DNA of 63,371 nucleotides, filler included, from Octopus bimaculoides (Eukaryota), in NCBI RefSeq assembly GCF_001194135.2. It is 3 parts of 3 records of this genome, joined end to end, with 100 filler letters (N's around TTAATTAATTAA, not from the genome) between each part and the next. Parts side by side here need not be neighbours in the genome. Positions count along the whole stretch, not along the records: positions 27,157 to 52,414 come from NC_068986.1; 2 more parts are not named here. One strand, given 5' to 3'. A program made the position numbers and the translations under genes. Below, one piece after another: positions 33,951 through 48,099 of the stretch (positions within the stretch are counted from its first letter, which is position 1; each line of letters begins with the position of its first letter). Below the pieces are notes generated by a model that saw only the letters and a list, made by a program, of their open reading frames with translations, was not told the origin of the DNA and did not search any database.

Positions 33951-34252
33951 CATGAAAGAGTGACGTGTTGTTATATAGAGTAATATTGGAACGTATCGTA
34001 GTCAAATGTTCTGTAGCAAATGTAGGTGTTGTACAATGAAGTTTACCACAGATGTTTCCTACGGCGTATTTCATTAGAGTTCAGTTGTGGAACGTCGTGC
34101 TGTGTTGTGTAAGTTTAGATTAATAAAATGCAAAGTCTAGCTATATTCTTATACAGCGTTGACTTGCTGCTTAACACGGCATAATGCTGTTGTGCAACAT
34201 ATTGCAGTGTATTGTTGCAGAGAAAAGTCTAATATTGCATTGTAATTTATGT

Positions 34253-34553
34253 CAGTGCTTCTCAAAAACTATCTGATATGGTGTACCGGAAGTTTTTGTT
34301 TCCAATGTACCAGGTACCGCTAATATTTCTTAGTAATATTAATTTATACAAGAAACAATATATATAATGAATATAATAAAAGTTGACAATTTCTTTCATC
34401 TTTCATCTTATATTTATTTTGTAAACAAATAAATAAAATTATTACATAAGAATGTTATATACATTTCATAAATGTATAATAATGATTCTTTCTTTTCTGG
34501 AATCTCGCCGCGTACCGGTGCCGGTCCGCGGACCGCCACTTTGAGTAGTATTG
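34253..34553. mobile_element. hAT-type MITE
   Basis: Termini CAGTGCTTCTCAAA and TTTGAGTAGTATTG (11/14 inverted match) with subterminal CCGGTCCGCGGACC; no clear TSD. Confidence 0.5.
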
Positions 34554-35666
34554 GTGTATTTCAAGTCGCATAGTGTTGATAATAGAGTGTAGGCTGATAG
34601 AACGCTTCCTAATACTGCATTGTCTTGGAGTGTAGAGTGAACCATGTGGCATATTCGTGTAGAGTTATGCACCTGCAACGTATTGTAGTAAAGTGATAAT
34701 GTGTAGTACAGGGTAGTGACACTGTTGGAATGAGACGCTTTGGCGTTGCCATTTAGGCGCAAATGATTTTGCAACAGATCACTTGATATTTAGCCTGATT
34801 TGGCAATAGTACATTTTGGTTCTGGGGCCAGACATACACACACGCGCACGCACGCACGCACACATCCGCAAACACACACACACACACACATACAGATTCA
34901 TACAAACACATAGGCGTGTAGAGCAATGTAGGTGATACAGTGTGATACTATGTTGCTGTTAAGTGTATGGTTGTAGAATGATGTTGAATGTGCTGTATTA
35001 CGGTACATAATAGGTGCACATTCAGTTGTATAACAGTACATAATATGTGTAGTGCGGTGTTGTATACGAATCGAGTGTAATACACAACTCTACACTCTTG
35101 TGCATTGTTGCAGAGTGGTGAATTTGAAATAGTATGACGTAATAACCTAGTGTAAATCATATGTGCATTGCTGGATAGATATTGTACTTATGTTATACGT
35201 AGTTTATACTAAAGTACTGTGCCGTATATTGTATTCTGATGGAGTAATGTATATTGTCGACTGCTATGAAATAAGGCATGATGTAGTACCTCTTGGAAAA
35301 CGGTTTACCGTGGTTCAAGTGCGGTACTCTGTTGAGGTGCCATTTATGACGGGAGCTAATATATGTTATTTAATTATATTCTCAGTCTCGATATTAGAAT
35401 CCCATAAAATCATTGATTTACTAGATACATTCCAAGCAATATACTCGAAGACAATATCTCTCCGCTCATGTGTTGTTTGGAATATTTTAAAGAGTGACAA
35501 ATATACCGTCATTTGTGTGTTTCTCGCTAACATAGCAGCGTTTTATAAGTTTGCCTTCCATTCTTTCCTGGGGATACAATAAAGTAATCATCATGAACAG
35601 AAATCGACGAACTCCATAGCCATCTTCCCCCTCAATATTGTTGACCTTATGACAAAATTAAAAGTA

Positions 35667-35734
<68 letters not shown>

Positions 35735-35769
35735 ATACACGCAACAGAGGAGACTGTTGGAAAAGAACA

Positions 35770-36440
35770 AATCCTAACATCGGGCTACAATAAGTAGCCT
35801 TACATTCCAATAACAGATTATCTGCACTTGCCTTCCTTAATACTAAACTGAGGGGAGGTGACAACGAAACCCCTGGAAAATTCCTCATATAATATTAACT
35901 TTCCCTATTATAATATTCATAAGCATTTATTATTATTATTATATGGTTCCAAGCAGTGCTCTTTCCTGCAAATGCTCCACGTTTATTGCAGCCCCTATTT
36001 GTTCCACGTGCTTCTTGAGATTTTTGCTCACTGTTCCAAGGGCTCCGACAATTGTTGGTACCACTACCACCTTTTTAATCGACCATAACCGCTTAACTTC
36101 CCAAGCTAACCTATCATATCTATCGACTTTTCTTTCTTCGTCATCGCATACCTTGTTGTCAGCTGAGCATGCTATATCTAAGATCCAGCATCGTTTGTTT
36201 TCTTTCTCAATTAAGACTATGTCTGACTTCCTATTCTCTATCTCATGGTCGCACTGAATCATAAAATCCCATAGGACCTTTGCATTTCTATTTTCGACGA
36301 TGCCTTCAGGTTTGTGGTCGTACCAAGGTTTTGCTCTGTCAAGTCCATACTTGTTGCAGAGTGTCCGATGGACAAGCCTGGCTATATTGTCGTGGCGTCT
36401 CTTATATTCCTTCTGGGCTAGTGGCGTACATTTGCTGGTA
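35770..36440 (-). mobile_element. R4/Dong-type (RLE) non-LTR retrotransposon fragments flanked by (TAA)n
   Basis: KVLWDFMIQCDHEIENRKSDIVLI...VVVVPTIVGALGTV...LQERALLGT RLE domain (35943-36440) plus a short RT piece (GIFQG, 35770-35890); (TTA)n tracts at both ends. Confidence 0.8.
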
Positions 36441-36464
36441 ATGTTGTTGTTGTTGTTGTTGTTG

Positions 36465-36507
<43 letters not shown>

Positions 36508-37485
36508 CATCATCATCTTAATCATTATCGTGTTTATGCATTTTTCTGGGTATGATGGAAAGTGTCAGCTCCCCATAGCGAACAGTCTAAGGTGACACTT
36601 GTTTTACTCGTCATGCTTCAGCCATGTTGATAGTTGAGTGCTGATACTTCCAAGTGCACCAATTATTATAGGTATCATGTCTATTCTCTTCATTGATATA
36701 AATCATGGAGACGAAGAAAAAAATGTTTCATAGCCCTATGCATCCGAATATAGAACGTAAATGCAACAATGTTACGGAGGCTTGTTGAATGCTTTCAGCA
36801 GAAATTACCCTATAATTTGAAGCCAAATGTCGTCAACAGATCTGAGCTGATGGTACGTACGCATGCGTCTCTGGCCAAGGAGTGTTCAAGAAGGCAAATA
36901 AGTAAATGTCTAAACTGGCTGCGTATATACTTCGAAAATAATCATCGGGAAATGAAAGAGTGACGATGTTGGCCTTTCGAACCTTATCGATTTTTTGAAA
37001 GAGAATATTTTGTCATTGCTGATTTAACATTTATCAACATGGGTCCGGGCGGAATATCTTTCCAGAAAATACAACCTCGCTCTGCATCTAAAGTGAGAAA
37101 ACTAATTAAGCTTCGTTTATTTAATGACTTCATAAAAGTGATTATGATTATGACTTCATCCTGAACATTATCGTCATCACTAGAGTCATCCTCATCGCTA
37201 CTCTTGACATGCCGTCATCGTCATCTTCATTATTCTCACCATCACTTTTGTCATCATCATCCTCGTTGTCGTCATCGTCATCGTCGTCATCATTGATGTC
37301 TACAACTACCAACGTTACTGCTGGACAAGTAGAATCAAATGGGTGTATTAATAGGGGACACAACACAATTGTTTGGTGAAGAGATGATGAGGAAAGAAAA
37401 GTAGAACGAAAGAAAGACAGAAAGAATGGAGATAATAGAGAAAGGAGGAGAATGAAAGAAGAGCGAAAGTAGGAAATAAAGAAGG

Positions 37486-37535
<50 letters not shown>

Positions 37536-37684
37536 TGAGAGAGAGAGAGAAGAAAGCAAGGCCAGACTTTTGCAGTGGATTAAATTGTCCNNNNNNNNNN
37601 TTGTCCATTAAAGACTTATCTTTGAATGAGTGACAAGCGAAGCTATTTCTGCCCAGCAACTTGTCAACATTGTTCAGCAGGTTT

Positions 37685-37777
37685 CCGGAAGTTTCTGCCG
37701 CCATGACGTCACCAGCGTTCGGTAAGAGTGATGACGTCATAGCTGGTTAGAATTCTGTTTTTGACTTTCTTGATTGG
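37685..37777 (-). promoter_or_regulatory. Promoter-like motif cluster with a candidate minus-strand start codon (MAAETSG..., ATG at 37704)
   Basis: CCGGAAGT (ETS) 37685-37692, GCCGCCAT (YY1) 37697-37704, two TGACGTCA (CRE) at 37704-37711 and 37732-37739, and a CCAAT box (minus) at 37772-37777. Confidence 0.45.
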
Positions 37778-37869
37778 ACACAGCTAGAAAGCTATTTAGA
37801 TCTGCAAACATCAACAAACGGATTACAACAACAATAAAATCTACAGCATTCAATAAGTAATATGGTTTA

Positions 37870-38050
37870 AAATTTTGGCACAACGCCAACAATTTCGAGG
37901 TGGGGATTGATCAACTGGGACTTATTTTAATCAACCTCGAAAGGATGAAAGGTAAAGACCACCTCGGCGGAATTTGAATTCCGTACGTAAAGTCGGACGA
38001 ATGACGCTAAGCATTTTGTCCGGCACACAAATGGTTCTACCAGCTTGCCG
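37870..38050 (-). mobile_element. Family B SINE
   Basis: GAAAGGATGAAAGG...CTCGGCGGAATTTGAA...CTAAGCATTT. Confidence 0.7.
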
Positions 38051-40363
38051 CCCTATGTCATAAATAATATCAGGAACATATAGGAAGTAAACTTACAATG
38101 GCATACTCCAAATATGACCATCAACAACAACAAAAATAACAAAAATGTAGAACTGAAGTAACAACGATACGATTATTGGGAAACAATGTGACGTACAATC
38201 CGGCGCTGGAGCGGGTCAGTGGTGAAGTAGCCTACTAAAAATAGCAGTTAAACCTTAGTCAGACCACATACCACTGACTTCGCAAAAGAACTAAAAAGGC
38301 TAATGTAATAGAAAATTATTATTTGTAAATCTCTCAACGAGAGATATTCAGCAACAGTACTTTGGAGTAAAGATTGTTTGCCAACATAACAAGGCAGTCC
38401 TGGTTTAGGACAAATGTTGCTTTAGTTTAACCCAGGAGTCTTCGTCTCCAGCTAGGTATACGACACGATCTGTGTCCTTATAATATCGAACAAGGGTATC
38501 TAACCCCACCACCACCACCACTACCACTGCACTCAAATCGTAACAATATCTGTGTATCGCGAACCAATATCTGTGTATCGTGCTAACCAGGACTGCCATG
38601 TTATGCTAGCAAATAATCTTTACTCTAGACTAATGCAAGTTGGATATTAAGAACTATGGTGATATCAGGAACAGAATGTCTTTGATCTACTAGGTCTGTT
38701 ATAAGACTAAACAATTATTTTCCTGGTTCTCAGTTGCTCGGGACTCACCATGTTGCTGCTCATGCATGCGCAAATTAGTGTAAAGATCTTTGTGAAAGAT
38801 TTGTAATTCGTCAGAAATGCAAATTTCATCTCTTCTGTTGTACAATGAAGATAATATTCAGATTAGAACAGCAGACGCAGCAGACGCAGCAGAACTTGCC
38901 ATAGCAACAGTGTTTTGGCATTTAATCCAAAGCTCAAACATTCCCAAAGGTTGGCCAATGTTCTGAGGGAAAATGTGGCTGCTGATTCTTGCAAGATAAG
39001 CCATGACGTATAGGTTTCTCTGTTTTCCTGTAGAGAAAGAATGTGGCACGAAAACTGATGATAACGATGATGATGATGATGAGAAGGAGGAGGAGGAGGA
39101 GGATGACGACGAGGAGGGAGGAGGAGAGGAGGACGACGACGACTAGGAAAACAACCACAACAACAGCAAATAGTACTACTACTACTAATGCTGCTGCTAC
39201 TGCTACTACCACTCCAACGATAACGATAGCGGCTGTTTTGGTTGTGGCGATTATAAAGTCAATCTCGGTGTGGTTTGAAATTGCCAGAAGCAGTACTCTC
39301 TTCATTTTCTCACTGCCGTGTTCATGTAGTACTAAATATCCCTGAAAGTCAACCTTATTATTTCCAGAGCAAAGAAGAAACAAGGTTATACATTGCTCTA
39401 GCTCTATTTATTTATATGTGATGGTCACAACCGGCATCACAATGACTGTATACTTATCCGTTAAGCTACTGCTTCGGCTAATTAACAAGTATACTGTCAC
39501 AGCTACAATTCACTGTACATTTATAGTTTCCTGTTGCTCCTGCCGTTTACCATGAAGAAACAGATAATACAGGTCTATCAAATTCAATATAACATACATG
39601 GTGGAATTATTAATATTATATTCGACGCTAGAGGAGATGTTACAATTACCAAATTGCTATTCAGGCCAGCTCCAGATGAGAAGGGGAGATAATATCAGAC
39701 TTCAACGATTCTCCAGATTTGACGGGACGTTAAGATGTTCAGATTCGTAGTCAGGAGATACAAGGACAGACATGCCTTTCTGCGTCAATAGACATCATCA
39801 GGACGATATATGTCCAACCTTATCTCCAAGGCGCTTCGTGTAAGCACATACATGTGTTCTACACTTTCTTATTTTCTCTTTAAGATAAGCCTAAGTCTGT
39901 CACTACTGGAGATGAGACCGGGTAGTTGACGTGTTGATGAAGAAAATTGAGGCAGAACAACGTGCCCACAACTTCATAATGAAGTAACTCATCTTATTTT
40001 TCGGAGGATCTGGTTACTGTTTTAATCTCTGACCGAGCGTCTTCTAACGTAATTTCTAAGTGAAATGTGATGGACAAACATTTACTGAAAGACCATCGAT
40101 GTGGTTCGCTCATCTTTTGTTTTCTGAGCAGACTTCATCTAACGTCGATCTCCAAACGTTCATTCAGCCATTTCTGGTGGACGAACATGTTACAAGTCTT
40201 CGGGCAAGAAATCTAGCGAAAGAACTGCATCTTGCCGTTCCTCTACTTGCCTCGGAAGCGCCTAAAACCTTTATAGGTGATGTTTTCTTACATCACTGGC
40301 TTTTATCACGTAAAATCATTTACATACATTTACATAAACATTCACAACAGAAATACAAACGCA

Positions 40364-40414
<51 letters not shown>

Positions 40415-40713
40415 GGAGNNNNNNNNNNACACACACAGACAGACGGAGAGAGACGCACACACATATATGTGGGTGGGGTACGGGTATATATATATGCGTT
40501 TTGGACAGCACTATAAATTTATAAGGAAATGTTGAAGAGTTTCACTTGATGACATCAAACGAAGCTCTAAGATATTAACCACTGTTTCATGGGATTTCTC
40601 AGCCTAAAATAACAAAGGAAAGGTCAGCCCCGAGGCACTTAATAACCAAAAAGAACAAAAGCACGCACATATATACACACATATACATACATACGTACAT
40701 ATACACACACACA

Positions 40714-40768
<55 letters not shown>

Positions 40769-41369
40769 TTTTCTATCTATCTATCTATCTATCTATCTAT
40801 ATATATANNNNNNNNNNNNNNNNNNNNNNNNNNNNNNNNNNNNNNNNNNNNNNNNNNNNNNNNNNNNNNNNNNNNNNNNNNNNNNNNNNNNNNNNNNNNN
40901 NNNNNNNNNNNNNNNNNNNNNNNNNNNNNNNNNNNNNNNNNNNNNNNNNNNNNNNNNNNNNNNNNNNNNNNNNNNNNNNNNNNNNNNNNNNNNNNNNNNN
41001 NNNNNNNNNNNNNNNNNNNNNNNNNNNNNNNNNNNNNNNNNNNNNNNNNNNNNNNNNNNNNNNNNNNNNNNNNNNTATATATATATATATATATATGTAT
41101 CATTATTGGCATTCAACATGTACTTGAAGCACCATAAATATATTGCGAAAAGTCTTGCATGCACTGAAGTGCAACCTTATAGCTGCTGCACTAATATATT
41201 GTACTTTTTCTACACTACATCGCACTGACATTCTGCATCGGTATATGCATCAAAGACAACAGGAAAGAATATGAAGAACAACAAAGGAACAGACCGATAT
41301 TACAATATCATCAGTCTGTCACATCAAAATGGTTTCATCTCGTGAACATAAATCTATTTACAGTAACAA

Positions 41370-41814
41370 CGACAACAACAACAAAAGCAACAACAGCAAC
41401 AATAATAATAATAATAATAACAACAACAACAATCGAAGCGTTATCAGCAAGAACCTTAATGTCAGAAAAAAGAAAAAAAACAATAAAAACAAAAGAACAA
41501 CAGCAAAAATAACAATAACTGCTATTACATCTACTATTCCTTATACTAATACTACTAATATTGCTACCGCAGCCATAATTATTACTGCCACTACTATAAA
41601 CTTCGACATCAACACAACTGCAACTACATGTTGTAGTCGCTGTAGTCGTTGCAGCAGCAGCAGCAGCAGCGGTAGTAGTTGTAGTAGTAGTAGTAGTAGT
41701 AGAAACAGCAACAGTAGTAGTTGCAGCAGCAACAGTAGTAGCAGCAACAGCATTATTATTATTATTATCATTATTAGTATTAGTAGTAGTAGTAGTGGTA
41801 GTAGTAGTAGTAGC

Positions 41815-41869
<55 letters not shown>

Positions 41870-42010
41870 TAGGATGCGTAATTATCATCAACAGCAGAGA
41901 TAGTTTCTGGTTTAACAACAGCAACAACAATAACGAACTAAAAANNNNNNNNNNNNNNNNNNNNNNNNNNNNNNNNNNNNNNNNNNNNNNNNNNNNNNNN
42001 NNNNNNNNNN

Positions 42011-42053
<43 letters not shown>

Positions 42054-42260
42054 TACGATGCGTAATTATCATCAACAGCAGAGATAGTTTCTGGTTTAAC
42101 AACAGCAACAACAATAACGAACTAAAAAAGAAACAGCATGGACGATTGCTACCAAATCATTAACAACAACAACAACAACTATATTAGCAACGACAACATC
42201 AATAACAACAAGATGCAGAGATATATTGACAACAATATAAAGCAACAACAAGAACAACAA
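41370..42260. repeat. (AAC/AAT), (AGC) and (AGT)n microsatellite mosaic
   Basis: Direct reading; spans an N gap at 41945-42010. Confidence 0.9.
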
Positions 42261-42804
42261 CAAATGCAAGAAATATAGCATCATTAGAATTGTATGAAAA
42301 TATATTTGCCATTCTACGGCAGCAGCGAAACGACAACAACAACCACGATGGAGATTCTGTGTTTCTCTCTTTTATTTATTTATTTTTTGTTGTTTTTTTC
42401 GAAATAGCAACCTCATCATCCGGTAATAATGTCCTATCGTTTTGAAAAGAGAGCGGTACATTGAACATTGGAACCTAGGTACACTTAAACGGCAGGAGGT
42501 TCCAAGGAGGACGCAGTGCTAGTCCTAAGTTTGTTTGTGTTGTCTATGATAACCTAGGGCTCAACACCAATATAGCACCGGGATAAACACACAACTAGTG
42601 ACACCAGCAACATGAACAGTACTAGAAGAACATGATATATATAACAGAGGAACAGTGTCATCGAAGATGAGGACAAAGACAGCAACAACACTAGAAGCAA
42701 CAACGACTGCGGCACCAGCGGCACCACCATTAGCTACACTGTCGAACAGATGACAATTCAACATCATTCACGCCCGAATGAGATCAGAAAAACGTTAAGA
42801 TGGT

Positions 42805-42843
<39 letters not shown>

Positions 42844-42984
42844 AGAGAGATAACGAGGCAGACAGACATAGACAAACAAACAGAGAGAGAGAGAGAGAGA
42901 GTGACAGTGAGAAAGGCAGAGGGACAGAACTACAAATAGAGAGACACAGACTGAGACACTGAGAGAGGAACTTATAAGAGCGTG

Positions 42985-43034
42985 AAGATGGCGGCGGCGG
43001 TTGATTTTAATGTAATGGCTAGAGCGCATGCGCA
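42985..43034 (+). promoter_or_regulatory. YY1 plus NRF1-type motif pair
   Basis: AAGATGGCGGC (42985-42995) and GCGCATGCGCA (43024-43034). Confidence 0.35.
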
Positions 43035-43519
43035 GATGCAAGCTTCTCGAAAACAACAGATTGTGAACGCCATTAGAAGTTGATGGATATTAAGAACTAA
43101 GTATGATGAAGGAAACGGAGTATAGCGTTCTGAAGAAACAAGATTTGTTAGCAGTGGAGTGGAAAACGACGAGGTCGGTGTTGGTGGGGCGGAGATAGAG
43201 AACTGTGGTGTTGTGAGGGTTGGGGCTACGGTGGGTGTGTCGGTCTGGTGTCGGGTGGTGTACGAGGCAAATATAATAAAGGTATTGACAATATCGATAA
43301 AAGTATGGCTTCGAAATTCTATAAAATATTGCTCACGCTTTTAATAGAAAGGAGAGAAAGGCAGAGATATTTCTGTGAATAGGAGAGAATATTAAAGCAA
43401 AATGGTGGATGTATGTTGAGATACAGACCGAAATATTTCGGTGAAGAAAAGAAGAAAAAGCGAGAAATAGCAAAACAAAGATAAAAAGAAAATAATAATA
43501 AATAAATAAATAAAGCTAT

Positions 43520-43555
43520 TATATATGTGTGCGTATGTGACTGGGTGAATATATA

Positions 43556-43597
<42 letters not shown>

Positions 43598-43632
43598 CAT
43601 ATACATACACACACACATACACACACACACAC

Positions 43633-43674
<42 letters not shown>

Positions 43675-43823
43675 TTGTATATGTATATACATGTATGTGG
43701 ATATGTATATATGTATGTACATGTGTGTGTATGAATATATAGGTATGTGTATATGTATGCATATGCATATGTATGTATATGTGTGTGTGTTTGTATGCAC
43801 ACACACACACACTCACTCACACA

Positions 43824-43900
<77 letters not shown>

Positions 43901-44088
43901 ATATATATATATATATATAGTAAAGTCTATTCGTCAAAGTATATATATTATACAACTATTTCGTAATATTGTACATGAAAAATTTTTGTATTCGCTTTTT
44001 ATTATATACAAGGCCAAGGTCATTACTACTACTGCTACTACTACTACTACTGCTACCACTACCACCACAACTGCGGCTTCTGCTGCTG

Positions 44089-44138
<50 letters not shown>

Positions 44139-44178
44139 GCTACCCCTACCACCACAACTGCGGCTTCTGCTGCTGCTG

Positions 44179-44223
<45 letters not shown>

Positions 44224-44330
44224 ATAATAATAATAATAATAATAATAAGTAGAAGAAGAAGAAGAAGAAGAAGAAGAAGAAGAAGAAGAAGAAGAAGAAG
44301 AAGACAACGACGATGACGACGACGACGACC
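43520..44330. repeat. (TA)n/(CA)n, (CTA)n, (AAT)n and (GAA)n microsatellite block
   Basis: Direct reading; includes an approximately 87-bp internal duplication (44052 and 44139). Confidence 0.95.
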
Positions 44331-44495
44331 GGAACAACAATAACATTTCTTCGTTATTTTCATGTTCCGTCTTTTTTCCTGTTTCAAATTCCTCCTCCCC
44401 CTCCACCTTCCCCTACTGATTATAATCATCTCCCGCTTTTACCTTTCATTTCTCCTCCTCCATTTCAAAGGCATTGCCGTCATCATCTTCACCGG

Positions 44496-44537
<42 letters not shown>

Positions 44538-44559
44538 GGTCAACGGTAGAAGGGGAGCA

Positions 44560-45170
44560 GCTAAAATGCCTAGCGGTGTTTATTACCTCTCATCTTTTAC
44601 TGAGTTCAAATTCCAACGAAGCGAAATTTAACTTTCATCCTTTCCAAGTCGATAAAATATATTAAGAATTAAATACTAGAATCGATGCTATCGATTAATT
44701 ATTTCCCTTCAAAATAAGAAATCAATAAGGGGGGGGCGGAATTCTTATCACCCCGGACAAAACTGCTACAATGAATTTCGTCCGTCTATACGTCCTGAGT
44801 TCAAATTCTGATGAGGTACAACTTAGCAATTTTTCATTACAGGGTCGACAAAACAAGTAACAGTTCAGCCACTAGGGTGAATGTAACCGACCTCACCCCT
44901 ACCCCGGCCTTGCTGGCCTCGTGCCAACCTTTAAAACCATGAAAATGGCAGGGTTGCTAGAGCGTGACACGAAATGCTTTGCGGCAGTTTTTTTTCCGTT
45001 TTCTTCGATCTGAACTCATACCTCGCTATGGTCAACTTCATTTTTTATCCTTTCACCTGCGATCAAATAAAGTACAAGTCAAAGATTTTGGACGAGGAAA
45101 TCCTCTTGCGCGTTCCCTTTCACTGGCTTCGTTACAAAATTTGAATCAATTCTTCCTATTATAATTTGAC
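44560..45170 (+). mobile_element. Three head-to-tail diverged family B SINEs
   Basis: Repeated TGAGTTCAAATTC / TTTCATCC / GTCGA..AAA motifs at about 44560, 44750 and 44950. Confidence 0.65.
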
Positions 45171-45239
45171 ATACACACAATAGATCAGACTTGTGGAAGC
45201 CAAAAATTCCTTAAATCGGGCTACAAGAAACCTTAGATG

Positions 45240-47900
45240 CCGACAACCATTCTAATTATTATAGCTAACTCTTATAACACTGTTCTCTGGAGCAGCACTT
45301 AACTAGGCTTTACATTTAATCTTCCCTATCCATTTTTACGAATCTTTAGGGATAAGACCTATAACTATAGGGAAACCTTTTTCCAGCACTTTCCATAGCC
45401 TCTATAACTCAATGGCGAGGTCCTGGTAACTTGCAATTTTCCCTATATCTATCTTATTGCCTTTCTCATCATTTGAGACTACAAAATCAATAACTCACAC
45501 TTTTTATTGTCTTTATCTCCTAATATTACAACTAAATCAGGCTTTCTAGCTTTTATTTCTCTGTCAGTATGAATGTTAAAGTGCCCCAACATGTCTGACT
45601 TTATAGCACATTCCTAGATTCAGATACATAACATTTATCAGTGTGGTCCAGTTCTAACTGTATATGTAAGTCCCTAGGTTTTTGTGTCGTTTCTTGTTTT
45701 CTTTCTGTACCAGCATTATACATTCACTTACGGTATGAGGAACATTTTCCTCTTTCGATTTACATCGCCTTCATTGGGAATCTAGCTTGATTTTTGTCTA
45801 TCTTCGCTTTTATCTAATTACTCCTCTACTTAGCTCCACACAGTCTTCTACTGATATTAACCTACAACCACCTTCCTTTCTAGCTGAGTACAATCTTGCT
45901 ACTCCTGCTCTTGGGTGAAGTCTTCCATTCATATTAAATTCCTTCCTAGTACTTCTGTCTATATTTGCTGATTCAGATTTTGTCCAATGTACAAACGCAA
46001 TCGAATTAGCTAAGTAACAATACTACCCAAGTATTTACAGCATTCACTGGACTCGGACTTTTTCGCTTTGACTTCTTCAGCCTCCTAACATTTTAATGTC
46101 GTCTTTCTCAATTTTCGCTTTCATTTCTATAATTAGTACTGAGTCGGATTCTTATACTGCTCCATACATATAAGTCTCTGTTTCTTTCACATATTTTAAC
46201 GTCTAGTCATCTGGTAATCGGATGCATTCACAGTTGACTATCTGTCCCTTTTTTTCATGACTAATATTGCTCACTTATCTGTGCCAAATTCCATATCTGT
46301 ATCTTTGCTAAAGAGTTTATATATTTTTTAAAGTAATCTATCACATTTTTATTGTTACTATAAAGCTTCAGACCATCCGTGTAGAGCAAATGGTTCATTT
46401 TTCCTTTACTATTTCTGAACTGATATCCTGCCTTTGCTTTCCTTAATACTAAACTGAGGGAGATTAAGCATAAGACAACTATGAAAGAGAATAACGATTC
46501 TCCATGGAAACTTCCTCTCTTGATATCAACTTACCCTAAGGTTGTGTCACCTGAGAAGAGATTTAATTTCCATTTCTTCATGCTAAAGTTAATTAATTAT
46601 CTTATGCTGACTGCAATACTGAATATACTCAAACATTCACTTATCCATGAATGTGGGATCATATCATAGGCTTTCTTATAATCTATCTATGCTATTGTTG
46701 AACTTTTCTTTCTCGATTTCACTTCTTTTAGAACTACTTTGTCTATGTGTAATAGATCATGCTTCCCTCTAGCCTTCATTTTGAAATCTTTCTGCTTTTC
46801 TGGCAGCAAATTCTAGCTGTCAGGCTGCTCGTAAATGCTATCTGAAAGCATTCCTGTTAACAGCTTCCACACTAATTCTAAGCAAGTGATTGGTCTATAT
46901 CTTTATTACCTTTGATTATGTCTTTCCTACGGAGTACTGTTCTCCTAGTCATCTGATCAGGTATTACTCCTTTATTAAGCCAATCCTCAGTCTCCTTTGT
47001 ATCTTTCTTTAACCATTATTCTTGAACTAAACCTTTCACTTAGACCCTTTCAATTCGGCATTCTTCCTAACACTTTTCTCATTAATGCGCTGAGTTAGTG
47101 TTAGATCCGATTGTTTCTCATGAACTTCTCATCTTACTGTCTTTAACTATGCTGCATCTCCATCATCATTGATTGGCGTATTGAAAATGTTACTCCTGAA
47201 CATTCTAGCTTGTTCTGCATTAGTTTTCTCATCTTCAGTATTTTCTTCCCCGCTGTTCCAACTCTTCCATGGCAATACCAAATCTTTGACTAAAATTCTT
47301 TTTGCAGTGGAGATATAAATCGTGTGCTTCAAAACTTGTTATGTTTCCAAATTTGTTTTCTACTTAAATCTTCTCTTAAAGTCTTCACATTATTTTCTAA
47401 TCTCCATCTCCGCTTCTGCTCCTTCCTAATTTTTCTTTCAGGAATACATGCCCTTCTATTAACTACAACCCTTCCTGTATAAATTACTAAGTGTTATATA
47501 CATTTTTAGTATCTGTCCTACTGATAACAGAATCTACTTTCTTAGGCATGTCTAGCAAATTCCTTCTATTGGAACCTTTTAATGTTGGTAATCTTTTTCT
47601 TCTTTATTCCTTACTTCCTGCAACTCATCTAAAATCTGATCTTCCTCACTTACGTCGCTGATGACAGTTGTCCCTATCTGGTTGGTAATGCTATTATTAT
47701 TATTTTTTTCTTTGGGTTCGTCTTTTGTTTGATCTGCTAGAATACCGTTGAATCTGTTGTTTACAGTGTTTATTTCTTGGTGGTACAAATAAGGATTTTG
47801 ACAGATGGTGAGCACAGCAGTTTACAATAAGACCTTATTCATTCTCTGAGCTCAATAGAATGACCAGGAAGAAAAGTTGAAACGTACCAAAGAAGAGATA
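45240..47900 (-). mobile_element. Heavily decayed near-full-length R4/Dong-type non-LTR retrotransposon (RT plus RLE)
   Basis: Minus-strand remnants EKTNAEQARMF, LFSGDTTLG.VDIKRG (RT) and FNIHTDREIKARKPDLVVI (RLE PD motif) in the correct order, with many stops. Confidence 0.75.
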
Positions 47901-48099
47901 ATATGTTAATTGTGGCTTGCAGATTGGTATTTTATAAAACTAAGAGAGCTGTGAGAGAATAACTGGGGAACGAATAGAATTACGTCGAGAAAAATCATCG
48001 GAAATAGCGTCGACGACAATGACAAAACTTTTGGAAACAACTTCCGTTAGCGAGGACAGAGATGCAAACATTTGTTGATGTTGTTGTTGTTTCCATAAG

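Noticed and set aside
39240-39341. Minus-strand candidate exon GYLVLHEHGSEKMKRVLLLAISNHTEIDF after a TTTCAG acceptor
   Set aside because: No donor was found, the frame runs straight into microsatellite, and no family was recognised; too weak to call.
41850-42130. ~95-bp direct repeat following (AGT)n
   Set aside because: Duplicated across the N gap at 41945-42010; most likely a contig-end overlap.
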